From positions 832,001 through 896,000 of the forward strand of contig CBDFGR010000003.1 in the NCBI GenBank assembly GCA_965247115.1: DNA of 64,000 nt, written 5' to 3'. The notes beneath the pieces are model-generated. The model was not told the origin of the DNA, ran no database searches, and worked only from the letters and a program-made list of their open reading frames with translations. The position numbers and the translations under genes were made by a program. Shown in pieces: positions 46,229-54,748 of this stretch (positions within the stretch are counted from its first letter, which is position 1; every line of letters begins with the position of its first letter). The stretch is from Myxococcota bacterium. Lineage in GTDB: Bacteria > Myxococcota_A > UBA9160 > SZUA-336.

Positions 46229-46657
46229 ATGAGTAGAAACAACCCGATTCGAATCCGCGGGATCGATCACGTGGTGCTGCGGGTCAGCGACCTCGAGCGA
46301 TCCCTTCACTTTTATACGGAGATTCTCGACGCGCGGGAGGAGCGCCGCGTGTCGAACCTGGGACTCGTGCAGCTCCGCGCTGGCGAGCAACTCATCGACC
46401 TGGTGCCGCTAGACGGCCGGCTCGGCCAGAGCGGCGGACGCGGACCCGAGGCCGAGGGCCGCAATGTCGACCATTTCGCCCTGCGCCTCGAGAGCTTCGA
46501 CGAGACAAACCTGCGGGCGCACCTCGAGAAGCACGACATCGACCCAGGAGAGGTCCACTCCCGGTACGGCGCCGACGGCTTCGGGCCGTCGATGTACGTC
46601 AAGGATCCCGACGGGAACGTGGTCGAGCTGAAGGGCCCGCCCGCCCCGCGAGACTGA
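46229..46657 (+). CDS. VOC/glyoxalase family protein
   Basis: IDHVVLRVSDLERSLHFY, NVDHFAL, YVKDPDGNVVELK. Confidence 0.93.
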   Translation: MSRNNPIRIRGIDHVVLRVSDLERSLHFYTEILDAREERRVSNLGLVQLRAGEQLIDLVPLDGRLGQSGGRGPEAEGRNVDHFALRLESFDETNLRAHLEKHDIDPGEVHSRYGADGFGPSMYVKDPDGNVVELKGPPAPRD

Positions 46658-46678
46658 CGCGTCCGGGAGCCAGGGACC

Positions 46679-47383
46679 GTGTGCGGTCGCTACACGCTCT
46701 ATACCGAGAAGGAGGTGCTCGCGCGGAGGTTCGAGGTCGAGATCGCCGAGCTCTCCCCCAGCTACAACGTCGCACCGACTCAATCGGTCATCAGCGTCAC
46801 CGTCGAGAAGGAGGCGCGCCGGGCTGGGGCCATGCGCTGGGGACTGATCCCGTTCTGGGCAAAGGACGAGACGAAGCTCCCGCAGATGATCAACGCCCGC
46901 GTCGAGAGCGTGGCGACGCGCCCTGCCTACCGCGACGCGTTCCGGCGCCGCCGCTGCCTGATCCTGGCGGACGGGTTCTACGAGTGGCAGCGCGGTCTGG
47001 GCGCGGGCAAACGAAAGATCCCGCACTGGATCTCCCGTGAAGACGGCGGCCCGTTCTCGATGGCCGGCATCTGGTCGGTCTGGAGGCGGCCGGACCTGGA
47101 GCGGACGTGGGTGCGAAGCTGCGCGATCCTCACCGCTGCCGCGAACGCTGCTGTAGCCGAGCTGCACGACAGGATGCCCATCATCCTCTCCCCCGAAGCC
47201 GAGTCTGCCTGGCTCGATCCGGCGCTCGATGGCGACGCCTCGGAGCTCACGAAGCTCCTGGTTCCGGTCGCTCCGGAGCAGCTGCAGTCGCGACCGGTCT
47301 CCACTCGAGTGAACTCCGCCGCCAACGACGACCCGAGTCTGATCGAGTTCTGCGACGAGGACCCGCAGCTCGGCTTCTTCTGA
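46679..47383 (+). CDS. SOS response-associated peptidase (SRAP/YedK/HMCES) abasic-site protein
   Basis: N-terminal (M)CGRY, YNVAPT, RWGLIP, INARVE, RRCLILADGFYEW, HDRMP. Confidence 0.96.
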   Translation: MCGRYTLYTEKEVLARRFEVEIAELSPSYNVAPTQSVISVTVEKEARRAGAMRWGLIPFWAKDETKLPQMINARVESVATRPAYRDAFRRRRCLILADGFYEWQRGLGAGKRKIPHWISREDGGPFSMAGIWSVWRRPDLERTWVRSCAILTAAANAAVAELHDRMPIILSPEAESAWLDPALDGDASELTKLLVPVAPEQLQSRPVSTRVNSAANDDPSLIEFCDEDPQLGFF

Positions 47384-47390
47384 GCCGCTC

Positions 47391-48380
47391 TCAGGACTCG
47401 CGCCTCACCTGCAGGATGACCTTGCCGAAGTGTGAGCTCTGCTGGAGGACGTCGTGCGCCGCCTGGGCCTCGGACAGAGGCAGCACGCGATCGACGCTCG
47501 GCCGGATGCTGCCCTTGGCAAGCGCGTCACCAAAGCGTCCCAGGAACGCCTTCACGATCTCGGCCTTCTCCTCCACGGGTCGTGCGCGCAGGGTGGAGCC
47601 GTGCAGGCTGACTCGCTTCGCCATCAGCAGTCCGAGATTGATCTCCGCTTTGGCCCCGCCCATGAGTCCCATCAGGACGAGCCGGCCGCCGATGGCCAGA
47701 CAGGTCAGGTGCTGGGCCAAATAGGGAGCGCCGATCGAGTCGAGAATCACATCCACCCCGCGGCCTTCCGTCGCATCCAGCACCTTCTGGGCGAACTCTC
47801 CCTCGTTGTAGTTGAGGGCGAGGTCCGCTCCCAGCTCGAGACAACGGCCGCACTTCTCGTCGCTACCGGCGGTGACCACCGTCCGCACTCCGGCCTCGCG
47901 TAGCAGCTGGATCGCCGCGGTGCCGATGCCGCTCCCCCCACCATGGACCAGTGCCCAGCCTCCCGCCGGCGCCTTTGCGAGCTGGAAGAGGTTCAGAGAA
48001 CAGGTCAGGAATACCTCCGGCAGGCCAGCAGAGTGCGTAAGCGACTGGTCTGCCGGAATCGAGATCAGCGAGCCGGCATGGGCGATGGCCTGCTCAGCGT
48101 AGCCCCCACCGGAAAGTAGCGCGGCGACCCGATCTCCTACCTTGTAGCCACTCACGCCGCCTCCAACCTCGGAGATCAGCCCGGCGCACTCGAGTCCGAG
48201 AATGGTCGATGCCCCTGGAGGTGGCGGGTAGAGGCCGCGGCGCTGCATCAGGTCCGCGCGGTTGACCGCGCTCGCCACCACATCGATCCGCACCTCATTC
48301 GCTGCGAGCTCGGGTGCTGGTACCTCGCCGAGCTGCAAGCGCGCCTCTTCGCCCTTCCCGATGACTTCGATTGCTTTCAT
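47391..48380 (-). CDS. NAD(P)H-quinone oxidoreductase, PIG3 family
   Basis: VNRADLMQRRGLYPPPPGAS, LGLECAG, HGGGSGIGT, GSTLRAR, HFGKVIL. Confidence 0.95.
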   Translation of the reverse strand: MKAIEVIGKGEEARLQLGEVPAPELAANEVRIDVVASAVNRADLMQRRGLYPPPPGASTILGLECAGLISEVGGGVSGYKVGDRVAALLSGGGYAEQAIAHAGSLISIPADQSLTHSAGLPEVFLTCSLNLFQLAKAPAGGWALVHGGGSGIGTAAIQLLREAGVRTVVTAGSDEKCGRCLELGADLALNYNEGEFAQKVLDATEGRGVDVILDSIGAPYLAQHLTCLAIGGRLVLMGLMGGAKAEINLGLLMAKRVSLHGSTLRARPVEEKAEIVKAFLGRFGDALAKGSIRPSVDRVLPLSEAQAAHDVLQQSSHFGKVILQVRRES

Positions 48381-48387
48381 CTCTCCC

Positions 48388-48471
48388 TGTGGGACCCGGC
48401 CGCGGGCGTCCGCGGCCACCCACCTCCGCTCAGGCCCAGGCCCTTCGCTGCGCGCGCCGCGTTCGCGGCGC
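48388..48471 (+). repeat. Interspersed palindromic repeat, copy A (central hairpin deleted)
   Basis: TGTGGGACCCGGC...GGCCACCCACCTCCGCTCAGGC...CCTTCGCTGCGCGCGCCGC, shared with copies B and C. Confidence 0.8.
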
Positions 48472-48672
48472 TTGCAGGTTGCCAAGCCCCGTTGGGGGTT
48501 GCCGGTTCTCTACGGAATCTGAACTTGGGGACGGTCCTTAGTCTTGACTTCTTTCGCTCTGGTCTACGGCGCTTGCTCACCTTTTGACATTGGATTTGCA
48601 GAGTACGCGTGCGGGGACAGGGGCGCCAGCGCGGTACGCGGAGGGGCGGGGTGCTGGCTATGCTCGCAGGTG

Positions 48673-49059
48673 ATGTCTGGCGCGTGCCGACGTGAGTCCT
48701 CCGTCAGCCTGCGGATCCGTTTCGTGGAGGGGGAGCGGCCTCACTTGTTCTGGGTCAGCGCAGGGGCCGCGCTCGGAGACCACGTCCGCTACAAGATTCT
48801 GTCGAAGCGACGCTCGGACAGCTCGATCGAAGTGATCGTCATCGAGGAAGGGAGCGGCCAGACACGGCGTTGCCTCAGGCGCGAAGACATTCCCGCCAGC
48901 ACGCCAGCGGGGTGGTTGTCGCGCTGGGTATCCGAGCTCGCGAGCTCGCTGGGAATTCGCTTTCACTGCTTCGATCTCCGTGAGATCGAGAATGAGGCCG
49001 AATGGCGGGAGAGGGCGGAGCAGCTGGGTTGGACGCGTGGCGAGCGAGTCGATCGCTGA
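48673..49059 (+). CDS. Hypothetical protein
   Basis: Protein-like composition and codon bias (LRIRFVEGERPHLFWVS...FDLREI); no recognisable motif; start uncertain. Confidence 0.55.
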   Translation: MSGACRRESSVSLRIRFVEGERPHLFWVSAGAALGDHVRYKILSKRRSDSSIEVIVIEEGSGQTRRCLRREDIPASTPAGWLSRWVSELASSLGIRFHCFDLREIENEAEWRERAEQLGWTRGERVDR

Positions 49060-49369
49060 CGCCGGCGACCGAGTCCCCGAAACGGGATTTCTCTGAATCG
49101 GGACCGTCTGCGGCTCCAGCCCACCGACACACTTCGGTGATTCTAGCCAGAGCACGCGTCGCTCGGAGGGGTTCTGCGCCGCCGCAGGCGTGCAGAGGGT
49201 GAGTTGAAGGCTAGCAGCAGGCTAGCAGATACGTGCAACTGGGTTTCGGATTGGGGACTGGTCCCGTTCGCACGAGGCGTGGCAGGACGTACGCAGCGTC
49301 GGCCGTACGCTGCGACCGCCCCTTCTGATTCAAGTCTGCCCTGCGGGCCGAGGAGGAAGCGGAACGAGT

Positions 49370-49385
49370 CGGCATGCCTCTTGAA
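49370..49385 (+). promoter_or_regulatory. Possible sigma54-type promoter
   Basis: CGGCATGCCTCTTGAA resembles YGGCAY-N5-TTGC with a GA variant at -12, just upstream of ATG 49399. Confidence 0.3.
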
Positions 49386-49398
49386 ACACATCCAGGCA

Positions 49399-50388
49399 AT
49401 GGGAACCCCCCGGCCCGAGGGCGCGGACGTCCCCGGCGACGAGCGCGACCCGTTTCGAGATCTCGACGTCCTGGACGAGCTTCGGAAGACCACCTTCGAG
49501 GGCATCGGTGCGGAATACGGCCTAGGAATCCTGTACGGGATCGGAATGACCCGAGGCCTGGTGGACGGCATGCGCGTGATGCGACGCCTGAGCTCCGGAG
49601 CACTCAGCGTCCCGCAGTTTCCTGGCTCCCTTATCCCCATGGTGTTCACCATTTGCAGTGGTGACCTCGAGGCGCGCTTCCGTGGCACCCTCGATGGCTG
49701 CTCCGAGGCACGTCTGCACCGGGATACTTTTGACGCTTCCGAAGATCCGATCTGTTTCGTAACTGCGGGCTACTCCGCGGGGTGGTACTCGGCCCTGCTC
49801 GGGAGGGACGTACTTGTACGGGAGACGGAGTGTACGGCCTGCGGCAGCTCCCGCTGCCAGTTCGAAGCGCGCCCCGTTCAGGACTGGATCGACAGCTCGG
49901 ATCCGTGGGCACAAGGACTCCTCCCGTACCTCGATTTCAAGCGCATGCAACAGCAGGCCCGAGAGCACGTGAGTCAGCTCGAAGAGCTCGACGACAGCAG
50001 CATGATGGGAGGCTTCGACCCGATGTCCCCCGCCGTGCACGTATGGGGTCCGGTGATGGTGCTGCCCTATTCCGGCTTCCAAGATTCCGACGCCGCGATC
50101 GAGGCGATCCAGGCCGACGTCGGCCGCATGCACATCGAGGTCGTCGTGGTCGACGTGACCGGCGCGCGGATCGACGCCATCGAAGCTTCGGGCCTGGTTC
50201 AACTCGTGAACCAGCTCGAGGCACAGAGGATCGAGACGATTCTCGTGGGCCTGAGCCCTTCGGCGCGCTACTACATCCCCGCCGGCACGAGCCCGGGGAC
50301 ACCTCTCCACTCGCGCGACATCTCCGCCGGGATCGCGCTCGCGTTCCAGGTGTGCGGCGCCGCCCGATCCATCGGCGAGGTCGGCTGA
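49399..50388 (+). CDS. V4R (4-vinyl reductase) domain plus STAS domain sensor protein
   Basis: PICFVTAGYSAGWYS...VRETECTACGSSRCQF (V4R); VWGPVMVLP...VVVVDVTG...TILVGLSP (RsbR-like STAS). Confidence 0.85.
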   Translation: MGTPRPEGADVPGDERDPFRDLDVLDELRKTTFEGIGAEYGLGILYGIGMTRGLVDGMRVMRRLSSGALSVPQFPGSLIPMVFTICSGDLEARFRGTLDGCSEARLHRDTFDASEDPICFVTAGYSAGWYSALLGRDVLVRETECTACGSSRCQFEARPVQDWIDSSDPWAQGLLPYLDFKRMQQQAREHVSQLEELDDSSMMGGFDPMSPAVHVWGPVMVLPYSGFQDSDAAIEAIQADVGRMHIEVVVVDVTGARIDAIEASGLVQLVNQLEAQRIETILVGLSPSARYYIPAGTSPGTPLHSRDISAGIALAFQVCGAARSIGEVG

Positions 50389-50407
50389 GGGCTCAACTCC
50401 CTGTCGC

Positions 50408-50510
50408 GGGACCCGGCGCGCGAGCAGTCCTCCCGCGGGTCAGCGACCCGCGGGCCGCTGACGACCACCCGCCTCCGCTCAGGCTTTGCAGCCTTCGCTG
50501 CGCGCGCCGC
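50408..50510 (+). repeat. Interspersed palindromic repeat, copy B
   Basis: 67/73 identity to copy C; hairpin CCCGCGGGTC-AGC-GACCCGCGGG at 50432-50454; lies between convergent genes. Confidence 0.9.
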
Positions 50511-51529
50511 TACGCTGGCGCTTGCATCCCTTCCGACTCAAAGCGCCGCACCTTCAGGCCCGCCGCTCGAAGCAGCTCGAGCGAGATGTCGCCCATCGGA
50601 AAGGGCGTGTCGTAGACGACCTCTGCGATGGCGGAGTTGATGATCATCTTGGTGCACCAGAGGCACGGGCAGAGGGTGGTGAACAGAGTGCCGGCACGGA
50701 CGGATACGCCGTGGTACGCGGACTGCGTGATGGCGTTCTCCTCGGCGTGACTGCAGAGGCACTCGTCCAGGCGGGTACCAGACTCGGCCGCGCGGTTGCA
50801 GCGGGGGCAGCCGCCCTCGTTGCAGTTCGGTAGTCCACGCGGGGTCCCGTTGTAGCCCGTCGAGATGATGCGGCGGTCAGACGTGATGATCGAGCCGACC
50901 TTGCGCTTGATGCAGTTCGAGCGCGTTGCAACGACGCGCGCGATGCTCATGAAGTAGGCATCCCACGTGGGGCGGTCGCGAAAGAGCAGACGGCCCTCCA
51001 ACAGCTCGTCAAGATGGCTCTCCAGCGTGCCGAGGTCCGCATCGTTCGCGATGACCTCGTCGGCCAGCTCGCGCACCCCGATCAACTTCTGGCCGGCCGC
51101 CTCTTCGCTCGACAGCTCCCTGCCTTCTAGCTCCAGGAACTCCTCCAGGGTGGCAGGGTCCCCCGGACGGGCCCTGGTCGCAGACCGCGCGAAGCGAAGC
51201 TCGGGGCTCGCCTCCACCCAGAGCAGCATGAGGTCCCCACCGACGCGGAGTGAGTCGATCTCCGCGGGGTGGCGAATCGAGTCGATCACGTGGTTTCGGT
51301 CCGCAGGGAGCGAGCGCAGGGCGCGGTCCGCCAGCACACCCAGCCCGAACTTCTCGCGCAACGTGCGGCCGCGCTCGATCATCCGCTCTCGGGTGGGCGA
51401 GAGCTCCTCCGCACGCAGGTCTTCGCGGATGACGTCGCTCAGGGACGCGCGATAGAAGCCGCGTCTCTCGAGCAGCGACACCACCTCGGTCTTGCCCGAG
51501 GCGTTCAACCCGGCCACCGCGATTCTCAT
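50510..51529 (-). CDS. P-loop kinase-like domain fused to dCMP deaminase
   Basis: N-terminal GLNASGKT, IDSIRHPAE, ADEVIAND; C-terminal RPTWDAYFM, RSNC, STGYNG, HAEENAI, PCLWC. Confidence 0.93.
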   Translation of the reverse strand: MRIAVAGLNASGKTEVVSLLERRGFYRASLSDVIREDLRAEELSPTRERMIERGRTLREKFGLGVLADRALRSLPADRNHVIDSIRHPAEIDSLRVGGDLMLLWVEASPELRFARSATRARPGDPATLEEFLELEGRELSSEEAAGQKLIGVRELADEVIANDADLGTLESHLDELLEGRLLFRDRPTWDAYFMSIARVVATRSNCIKRKVGSIITSDRRIISTGYNGTPRGLPNCNEGGCPRCNRAAESGTRLDECLCSHAEENAITQSAYHGVSVRAGTLFTTLCPCLWCTKMIINSAIAEVVYDTPFPMGDISLELLRAAGLKVRRFESEGMQAPA

Positions 51530-51591
51530 CTCGCCTCCCTCCCACACTCCGCGAGTGAAGCCTAGCACCTCCTCTGCTAGGGTCCCGAGTT

Positions 51592-51960
51592 GTGACGCGG
51601 CAGGTCGAAAAGCCCTGGGGGCACGAGGACATCTGGGCCAGAACCGACCGCTATGTTGGAAAGATCCTGTCGATCCTCCAGGGTCGGCGGCTGTCCCTGC
51701 AGCTGCACCGCCAGAAGGACGAGACCATCTACGTCCTCCGCGGTCGGCTCCGGTTGATCCTGGAGAACGAGGCCGGAGAGCTCGAGGCCGAAGAGCTCGG
51801 ACCCGGCGAGGCGCGCCGGATCTTGCCAGGCCGACAGCATCGCTTCGAAGCCATCGAGGATACGGACCTCGTCGAAGTGTCTACGCCAGAGCTCGATGAT
51901 GTGGTGCGGCTTGCCGACGATTACGGGCGCGAGAGCGACGAGAGTCACGGCGACAGGTGA
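51592..51960 (+). CDS. Cupin-domain protein (mannose-6-phosphate isomerase-like)
   Basis: VEKPWGHE, LSLQLHRQKDET, HRF, EVSTPELDDVVRL.DDYGR. Confidence 0.9.
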   Translation: MTRQVEKPWGHEDIWARTDRYVGKILSILQGRRLSLQLHRQKDETIYVLRGRLRLILENEAGELEAEELGPGEARRILPGRQHRFEAIEDTDLVEVSTPELDDVVRLADDYGRESDESHGDR

Positions 51961-52904
51961 GCGGCGGCAGGACACTCGTAACGGGTTGCGCGGGCTTCGT
52001 CGGGTCTTGGCTGGTGCCAGCCCTCGGCGCTGCGGGCCACGAGGTGATTGGCCTTGAGCGACCCGGTCACGCGCCGGACGGGGACGAGACCGAGTGTCTC
52101 GAGGTCGATCTTCGCGAGCGCACCGCGATCTTCGACGCCGTGAAGCGAACCCGCCCGGCACGCGTGGTACACCTTGCTGCCTTGGCCGCACCGCCGCTGG
52201 CGGCCCGGGAGCCGCTCGAGGCCATGCGCGTGAACTACCTCGCCGTCGATCACCTGGTGGGGGCGTTGCTTGCCCACTCACCTGACTGCCGCTTGCTCTA
52301 CATCGGCACGGGAGACGTGTACGGGCTGCAAGCCGAAGGTGCGCCACCGTTCGGGGAGCGAGCGCAGATCCGGCCGGCCAACCTCTATGCCGCCTCCAAG
52401 GCTGCCGGAGAGCGCCGTGTCGAGCTCGCCTTCGAACGGGAGGGACTCGACGTGGTGCGAGCCCGCCCCTTCAACCATACCGGGCCGGGACGCCCGCCGG
52501 GCTATGCCGAGGCGAGCTTCGCGCGCCAGCTTGCGGGCATGGAGAGAGGCGCCAGCGAGCTCGTACTGCGCGTCGGCAACCTCGGATCCGTGCGCGACTT
52601 CAGCGACGTCCGCGATGTCGTACAGGCCTACATCCTGTTGCTCGAGCGCGCTCCGACGGGCGGCGTCTACAACGTGTGCAGCGGTGTCGGGCGCTCGATC
52701 TCGGAGCTGCTGAGCTGCCTGCTGGAGAAGTCCCCAGCGAGTCCCGAAGTGGTCATCGACCCGGAACGCTTCCGCCCGACTCGCGCGGATCAGATCGCTG
52801 CGGTCGGAGATCCGACGCACTTGCACGCGCTTGGGTGGAGGCCGCACGTGCCCTTTGATCAGACCATGGGCGACATTCTCGACGACTGGCGGAAGCGCGC
52901 GTGA
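51957..52904 (+). CDS. GDP-sugar dehydratase/reductase (Gmd/Rmd-like extended SDR)
   Basis: LVTGCAGFVG, HLAA, YAASK, RPFNHTGP, VGNL...RDFSDVRDVV; more Rmd-like. Confidence 0.9.
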   Translation: MSGGRTLVTGCAGFVGSWLVPALGAAGHEVIGLERPGHAPDGDETECLEVDLRERTAIFDAVKRTRPARVVHLAALAAPPLAAREPLEAMRVNYLAVDHLVGALLAHSPDCRLLYIGTGDVYGLQAEGAPPFGERAQIRPANLYAASKAAGERRVELAFEREGLDVVRARPFNHTGPGRPPGYAEASFARQLAGMERGASELVLRVGNLGSVRDFSDVRDVVQAYILLLERAPTGGVYNVCSGVGRSISELLSCLLEKSPASPEVVIDPERFRPTRADQIAAVGDPTHLHALGWRPHVPFDQTMGDILDDWRKRA

Positions 52905-53731
52905 CCGAGCACGCGCGCGCACCAGCGATCCCCCGACTGCTCCTCGACCTCCTCGCGCAACGTCAGCCAGTCGCCGCCGCGCAACGCGTGCTCGAGACGA
53001 GGGCGCTCGTCCTCGAGGTAGCCCGAGAGCACCAGAGCTCTGCGCGCAGCACCGAGGAGCCGCGGAAGGCAGGGAAGCAGCTCTCGAAGGAGCATGTTCG
53101 CAGCGACGAGCTCGAAGCGCGCCCCCGCGAGAGCGGCGATGTCGCCGCAGACGAGCTGCAGAGGAAGCCGGTTGCGACGCGCATTCTCCAGCGCGTTCGC
53201 GCAGGCGACGCGATCGGTGTCGACGCCACAGGCACGTGCGGCGCCGAGCCGCAGAGCGGCCAGAGCGAGAATGCCGCTTCCGCTGCCGACGTCGAGCAAA
53301 CGATCTCCCGGCTCGAGCGTGTCGAGAAGCAGGCCGAGGGCGAGGCGGGTGGTGGCATGCTCGCCCGAGCCGAAGGCCTGCTGCGGATCGATCAGGATCT
53401 CGGGCAACCCCACGGACTCGCACCACGATGGACGGATCCAGAGCGCTCCGACACGGCGCGGGCGCAGGCCCTTGCGCCACTCGCGTTCCCAATCCACCGC
53501 AGGGACGGGCTCTGGGCCGTGAACACGGATCCTGCGCCGATCGCTCGCGAGAGCCAGAACCCGGGCGGCTCGCGCCGCGGAGACGGCGAAGTAGGCCAGG
53601 AGCTCCGGTCCCGCGTCCCTCGGACGCATGCGCTCCTCGATACCGTGCGTGCCCAATGAGTGCAGCTCCGCGCTCACGCGTTCGATCTCGACCTGGGGCA
53701 GCTCGATCCGGAACAGCTCGATCGGCTCCAC
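52859..53731 (-). CDS. prmA: Ribosomal protein L11 methyltransferase
   Basis: DWEREWRK, IRPSW, IDPQQAFGSGEHATT, LDVGSGSGIL, ANML, LSG. Start at GTG 53731 inferred from RBS. Confidence 0.88.
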   Translation of the reverse strand: MEPIELFRIELPQVEIERVSAELHSLGTHGIEERMRPRDAGPELLAYFAVSAARAARVLALASDRRRIRVHGPEPVPAVDWEREWRKGLRPRRVGALWIRPSWCESVGLPEILIDPQQAFGSGEHATTRLALGLLLDTLEPGDRLLDVGSGSGILALAALRLGAARACGVDTDRVACANALENARRNRLPLQLVCGDIAALAGARFELVAANMLLRELLPCLPRLLGAARRALVLSGYLEDERPRLEHALRGGDWLTLREEVEEQSGDRWCARVLGHARFRQSSRMSPMV

Positions 53732-54729
53732 CTGCCCTCCCTCATGCGCTGCTGGTTGCGGGACTCGTGTTGGGACTCGGTGCCTGCAGCTCCGCAAGCT
53801 ACCTCACTCACCTGGGGCTGGGGCAGATGGGCGTGTTGCTGGACCGAGAGCGCCTGACGCCGGAACGGATTGCCGCGCTGACCCCGGAGGAGCGCTCTGG
53901 TCTCGAGCTGCTGGAGCGCGCACAGACGTTCGCAGAGTCGCTCGGCCTGAGCTCTTCTACAAGCTACCGTCACCTGATCGACCGCGCTGGCCGGAGTGCT
54001 CTCAGCGTCGTCACGGCGGCCCCAGCGGACCGGCTCGAGCCGCTGACCTGGTGGTTCCCGATCGTGGGGCGAGTCGCCTATCGCGGCTACTTCGACGCGG
54101 AGCGGGCGCACAGGTTTGCGGAACGCCTGGCGGAGGATGGCTTCGACACCTACGTTCGATCGGCCGCACTCTACAGCACTCTGGGCTTCTTCGACGATCC
54201 CGTGCCGCGTTCCATGCTGCTGTGGCCACACTTCGCGATCGTCAATACCCTGACACACGAACTCGTCCACGAGACGATCTTCGTGGCCGACGACATCGAC
54301 TACAACGAAGCGCTCGCGACCTTCATCGCCCACATCGCCACGCTGGAGTTCTTCGCCGATGTGTCCGCGCAGGCCGGTGCGGAACGACGCAGCTTCGCAG
54401 ACGACAAGACCTTCGCAGCCCTGCTCGAGGACTTGGCAGGCGAGCTCCAGGAGTTGTACGCGGAGGCGGAATCCGAAGCGGAGTCGCGCAGTCGTCGCGA
54501 GGGCATCTTCCGGCGCTACCGGGAGGAGGTCTTCCCCCAACAGCCGTGGCAGACACAACGATACAAGGGCTTTCCCGAGGCCCCGCTTTCGAACGCCTAC
54601 CTACTGGCGAACCGCGCTTACCTTGGCGCGCTGCCGTGCTTCGAGGCCAGGCTCGCGGACCACGATGGCAACCTGCGCGCGTTGATCCAGGCGGAGATTG
54701 CCGCTCCGGGACGCTCCGAGGGCTGCTGA
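53656..54729 (+). CDS. Putative zinc aminopeptidase lipoprotein
   Basis: Lipobox LGAC, WWFPIVGRVAYRGYF, YSTLGFFDDP, HELVH (HExxH), YNEALA. Start uncertain. Confidence 0.88.
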   Translation: MSAAPRSRVRSRPGAARSGTARSAPPALPHALLVAGLVLGLGACSSASYLTHLGLGQMGVLLDRERLTPERIAALTPEERSGLELLERAQTFAESLGLSSSTSYRHLIDRAGRSALSVVTAAPADRLEPLTWWFPIVGRVAYRGYFDAERAHRFAERLAEDGFDTYVRSAALYSTLGFFDDPVPRSMLLWPHFAIVNTLTHELVHETIFVADDIDYNEALATFIAHIATLEFFADVSAQAGAERRSFADDKTFAALLEDLAGELQELYAEAESEAESRSRREGIFRRYREEVFPQQPWQTQRYKGFPEAPLSNAYLLANRAYLGALPCFEARLADHDGNLRALIQAEIAAPGRSEGC

Positions 54730-54748
54730 GGCCGCGCTCCGGGCGAGC

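Noticed and set aside
23790..46242. Long antisense or alternate-frame ORFs (e.g. 23790-25364 +, 29518-31008 +, 38032-39702 -, 44242-46242 -)
   Set aside because: They overlap well-supported genes, are Arg/Ala/Gly-rich and have no motifs; typical shadow ORFs of high-GC DNA.
48472..48670. Possible ncRNA or sigma70 promoters (TTGACT at 48544, TTGACA at 48584)
   Set aside because: No correctly spaced -10 element and no recognisable RNA family structure.
50510..51529. Firm call as an AvcID anti-phage system
   Set aside because: No room for an upstream antitoxin RNA and no defence-island context; kept only as an architectural observation.
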